DNA from: Eledone cirrhosa
Lineage: Eukaryota
DNA length: 64,000 nt
NCBI GenBank assembly: GCA_964016885.1
Contig: OZ024749.1
Location: 35,154,001-35,218,000 of the forward strand
Direction of reading: 5' to 3'
Shown here: piece by piece, positions 59,140-64,000 of the stretch
Position numbering within the stretch: the first letter of the stretch is position 1
Layout of the letters: each line of letters begins with the position of its first letter
The notes under the pieces: generated by a model
What the model saw: the letters and a program-made list of their open reading frames with translations, nothing else
Told to the model about the DNA's origin: nothing
Databases searched by the model: none
Translations under genes and position numbers: made by a program

Positions 59140-59162
59140 TATGTATATATATATATGTATAC

Positions 59163-59235
<73 letters not shown>

Positions 59236-59239
59236 TATG

Positions 59240-59293
<54 letters not shown>

Positions 59294-59297
59294 TATG

Positions 59298-59343
<46 letters not shown>

Positions 59344-59367
59344 CATATATATACATATATATATATG

Positions 59368-59416
<49 letters not shown>

Positions 59417-59464
59417 GTTTATATATATATATGTTTATATATATATGTATATTTATATGTATAT

Positions 59465-59911
59465 AGTTTAGCGAGGTTTTTTATATGAAATCGTGTGTCG
59501 AAACAGATATTGTTATATTTGGGGAGGGTCATATTTGCGTAATATTGCCAGAATTAATAACAGAACACACTCACTGTTTGGTTGGTTTTCGCTTCTCGCT
59601 GTCTGAATAAAAAATGGCGTAGACATACAACACAACAGGAGGAACAATGAATATAACACCACTGATGATGTTGCAGATGTGCAACGAAAGATTTATGTAA
59701 ATTATGTAAACTATATATATGTGTTTGTGTCTATATTGTATCTGTATTATTTTTGACCGCCGGTCAGTCAATGGCAACATTGAGGACCGAGTAAGTTAGA
59801 TCGCAGATATAAAAGACAGCGAGAAGCGAAAACCAACCAAACAGTGAGTGTGTTCTGTTATTAATTCTGGCAATATTACGCAAATATGACCCTCCCCAAA
59901 TATAACAATAT
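59465..59911. mobile_element. Inverted-repeat element (98-bp arms) between TA arrays; MITE or Penelope-like inversion product
   Basis: 59507-59604 and 59814-59911 are reverse complements around a 209-nt spacer, which contains CTGATGA-t-GTTGCA-gatg-TGCAAC-GAAA. Confidence 0.65.
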
Positions 59912-59929
59912 ATGTATATATATATAGAC

Positions 59930-59981
<52 letters not shown>

Positions 59982-59983
<2 letters not shown>

Positions 59984-61473
59984 CATCATCATCATCATCA
60001 TCATCATCGTTTAACGTCCATGTTCCACGCTTGCATGGGTTTGGACGGGAGTTTTCCCACTTGAGGCAAGAGTGGTTGTCTTGCTCGCATAGGACTGTCT
60101 GGCGGGTTTTCTACAGCTGGATGCCCTTCCTAACACCAACCACATTTACAGTGTGGGACTGGGAGGTTTTTACCGTGTTGCCTACACGGCCACATTACAG
60201 CATGGACTGTGTGTTTTTTTTTTGTCGTGACACCTACACGATCTCATTTGTTTCGGCCTGGATGTTGTGGCACCAACATAATTTTACATTGAAAGGGGCA
60301 GTGTTGATGAGGTGGGGGTGGTGGGACGGGGGTGTATTTTGTTAGAGATGCCTACTGACTGTAGTAGGTTTTACTTTGTATTTAGGTAAGGCGGGTCTTC
60401 TCTATTACTGAGTGCCGCCAAAGATCTCGGTCCAGTGACATTGTCTTGGAGAGGTGTAAGTGTGTGAGGTCGGAGTTTATCAGGTCGTCCCAGGTTTTTC
60501 TGGGTCTGCCTACCCCGTGGCTACCGTCTATCTTTATTGCCCTGCACTTTTTTATACAGCTGTCGTCTTTCATGCGCATTATGTGACCATACCAACGTAG
60601 CCTTCTCTCGAGTAAACAACATCTGATCCCTCTTATTTCTAATTTTTCCCTTAGTTCGTTTATGCTTTGCCGTTCGCGTATATTACTATTACACATCCAG
60701 CGGAGCATGCAAGCTTCGTTCCTCTCTAGTCTGCGTATATCCTCTGCACACAATGCCCAGGTCTCACTGCCATGCAACATTGCTGTTCGTATGCAGGCAT
60801 CATACAGCCTGCCTTTCATTTTTAGGGAGAACCCTTTAGCGGCTAATAGTGGTATAAGCTCTCTGAACTTTTTCCATCCAGTTCTGACTCTAGCTACTGT
60901 ACTTTCAGAGCACCCTCCCCCACTGCTGATTTTGTCACCCAGGTAACGGAAACTGTCCACTATTTCTATAGAACCCTCTGCGCAATTGAAAGAGCTAGTA
61001 TTTTGTGGGCACTTGCTGCTACTTATTGCACCAGAGAACCGGCCACATATAAAATCTATGTTCTTAGTTAGCTTACCTATGATCCCACTACATCTTTTAT
61101 GCACCCATACTTTGCATTTGGGACATAAAATGGAGTTTCTACCTACGCCTTTCCTACACACTGAGCATGGCCATTTCCCAGAAGGGACTGGTGCCTTATT
61201 TTCTTTCCTACAAACTAGAACTTTAGTCTTAGCCAGGTTAATTTTAAGGCCTTTTGATTCTAAGCCGTGCTTCCATGTTTGGAATTTCTTCTCTAGCTCG
61301 GCCATTGATTCAGCTATGAGCGTTAGATCATCTGCGTATAGGAGTTCCCATGGGCAGCCGGTCTTGAACTCCACTGTTATAGCCTGAAGGGCAATAATAA
61401 ATAGTAGGGGGCTAAGAACAGAGCCCTGATGAACACCAACTTTTACGCTAAACTCTTCACTATATTCGTTGTT
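59982..61473 (-). mobile_element. 5'-truncated RTE-clade LINE (RT C-terminal half, Cys-rich insert, C-terminal domain, 3'UTR, (GAT)n tail)
   Basis: Open frame with [37 protein letters not shown]. Ends in ggacgttaaacgatgatgat. (TA)n on both sides. Confidence 0.92.
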
Positions 61474-61497
61474 ATATATATATACATATATATATAC

Positions 61498-61562
<65 letters not shown>

Positions 61563-61567
61563 AACAC

Positions 61568-61618
<51 letters not shown>

Positions 61619-61619
61619 C

Positions 61620-62471
61620 ATATGAAATACGTCCCTTCACGCACAAGGCACCAAGGTACGCATGTATTGTCCAACCAAGTGCCAATGTGGTTCAATGGCG
61701 GGTTAATAAATTAACGAGCCAGAACAAATATAAACAAGGTTTAGTAAATAATGAAAAAGTTTCAAAATAAATTTTAAAAAATTGACTTTACCTACTATAG
61801 TTACCTTTACCGATCGGTTTCGAATCCCAAAAATAAAACGGAGACCATATGGCCTTCGTTGCAAAGAGAGATTCTCGTCAGAAGGTTCTTTTCATTCAAA
61901 GAATATAAAATTCCTGAATTTAAATCACAAACTAGCGCTATCAAAAACTGTTCCTGGGATGAGAGTGGATGATGTAGAACAGGTTTATCAAGGGCCGTAG
62001 CAAAGATAGAGGCAAAAGGAGGTAGGTCAAACTAGCCACCGCTGTTGCCAGCAGCAGTCGGAATGACCCGGTTTGTTCTCAACGTTAGTGGAGGTAGTAG
62101 TAATATGAAATACGTCCCTTCACGCACAAGGCGCCAAGGTACGCATGTATTGTCCAACCAAGTGCCAATGTGGTTCAATGGCGGGTTAATAAATTAACGA
62201 GCCAGAACAAATATAAACAAGGTTTAGTAAATAATGAAAAAGTTTCAAAATAAATTTTAAAAAATTGACTTTACCTACTATAGTTACCTTTACCGATCGG
62301 TTTCGAATCCCAAAAATAAAACGGAGACCATACGGCCTTCGTTGCAAAGAGAGATTCTCGTTTTATTTTTGGGATTCGAAACCGATCGGTAAAGGTAACT
62401 ATAGTAGGTAAAGTCAATTTTTTAAAATTTATTTTGAAACTTTTTCATTATTTACTAAACCTTGTTTATAT
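61620..62471 (-). mobile_element. Non-autonomous Penelope-like/retrozyme-like element, family B (partial tandem, 483-nt unit, + terminal inversion)
   Basis: 61620-61878 is directly repeated at 62103-62361 (offset 483). 62359-62471 is the reverse complement of 62211-62323. Contains a hammerhead and has (TA)n on both sides. Confidence 0.72.
61803..61886 (-). ncRNA. Type I hammerhead ribozyme, intact core
   Basis: Minus strand reads ACCTT-CTGACGA-GAATC...GATTC-GAAA-CCGATCGG-TA/AAGGT. Stem I 5 bp, stem II 5 bp, palindromic stem III (ACCGATCGGT). GUA cleavage between 61808 and 61807. Confidence 0.85.
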
Positions 62472-62484
62472 ATATACATATATA

Positions 62485-62521
<37 letters not shown>

Positions 62522-62547
62522 ATATATATATATATATATATATAAAC

Positions 62548-62582
<35 letters not shown>

Positions 62583-62585
62583 AAC

Positions 62586-62626
<41 letters not shown>

Positions 62627-62666
62627 AACATATATATATATATAAACATATATATATATATATATA

Positions 62667-62726
<60 letters not shown>

Positions 62727-63006
62727 TATATTTTTAATGTTCTTCAGTTTTTATTGTTTGTCTTTTTCGCTCTCACCTTCCTTTTCTCTCCTTACCCTTC
62801 TTTCTCCCACTCCCCCTCTCTTTCTCTCACTACCACCCCTCTCTCTCCTGACTCTTCCCTCCTCTCTGCACCCTTCCTTCTTCCCTTCTATCAATTTTGA
62901 ATTTTGGAAACAAACACTGTCCATTAAATTCCCCAATAATGTGCCGATCAATAACTGTGTAGATCAGAAATTGTTTTTTTTTCCTACCACAAGGTGTTCT
63001 CACTCA

Positions 63007-63051
<45 letters not shown>

Positions 63052-63109
63052 TATTTATATATATACATATATACATATATATACATATATACCTATATAT
63101 ATATATATA

Positions 63110-63174
<65 letters not shown>

Positions 63175-63255
63175 ACACATATATATATATATATATACCT
63201 ATACATATATATATATATATATACCTATACATATATACATATATATACATATATA

Positions 63256-63296
<41 letters not shown>

Positions 63297-63558
63297 AAAC
63301 ATATATATACCTATACATATATATACATATATACCTATATATACCTATATACCTATATATATATATACACACATATATACCTATATATATATATATACAC
63401 ACATATATACCTATATATATATATACACACATATATACCTATATATATATATATATACACATATATATCTATATATATATATATATATACATACATAAAT
63501 ACATATATATATGTGTGTGTATACATATATGTATATATGTGAATATGTGTATATATAC

Positions 63559-63639
<81 letters not shown>

Positions 63640-64000
63640 AATATGTGTGTATACACAAATATATACACATATATATATACATGTGTGTGTGTATTTTTTT
63701 CTGAGCAAGTGTGTGTGTGTGTGTATGTGTGTGTGAGTGGGTATGTGTGATTATTCCATTGAATGGTAAAATCCAATAAGGGAAAACTCAGCAGAATGTT
63801 TTAGTTTAATAACCACACAAACATTGAACAACTTGGAAACAGTGGTGATGGTGGTGGTGGTGGCGGAGGTAGTTTTAGCTTTTAGATCGACATAACTGTA
63901 GATTATTTCATTGTTTCTGTACTTTTTTCCTAGTGGTCGTGTTAGCTGGAGTCGGGGCTAGAGGGAGATGATGGAGGAGGAATAACAACAACAACAATAA

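Noticed and set aside
60382-61695. 437-aa ORF as a cellular gene or intact retrotransposon
   Set aside because: The N-terminus comes from the neighbouring element and TA repeat. The rest is a 5'-truncated LINE lacking the endonuclease and the first RT motifs.
61887-62102. Possible GIY-YIG C-terminal remnant in the family B unique segment
   Set aside because: Resemblance is too weak and interrupted by a stop; cannot be supported without a profile search.

Overview
AT-rich, microsatellite-dense eukaryotic DNA whose repeat landscape looks like an octopod cephalopod genome (inference, not verifiable here). One protein-coding gene is supported: a Popeye-domain (BVES/POPDC family) gene on the minus strand. 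It has 4 coding exons (39017-38347, 14291-14177, 13974-13680, 12909-12824), all GT-AG and phase-consistent, giving 1167 nt and 388 aa. Its ~24 kb first coding intron holds a ~15 kb hierarchical satellite and several minisatellites. The rest is RTE-, CR1/L2- and Tx1-like LINE fragments, tRNA-derived SINEs and (TA)n/(CA)n arrays. The most striking unannotated signal is a cluster of type I hammerhead ribozyme motifs at 55-62.5 kb. They fall into four sequence-distinct families with short, often palindromic stem III, and each element abuts (TA)n. Two sit in ~480-nt non-coding units with partial-tandem plus inverted architecture, as expected for non-autonomous Penelope-like elements or retrozymes. 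Most long ORFs in the track are repeat artefacts.
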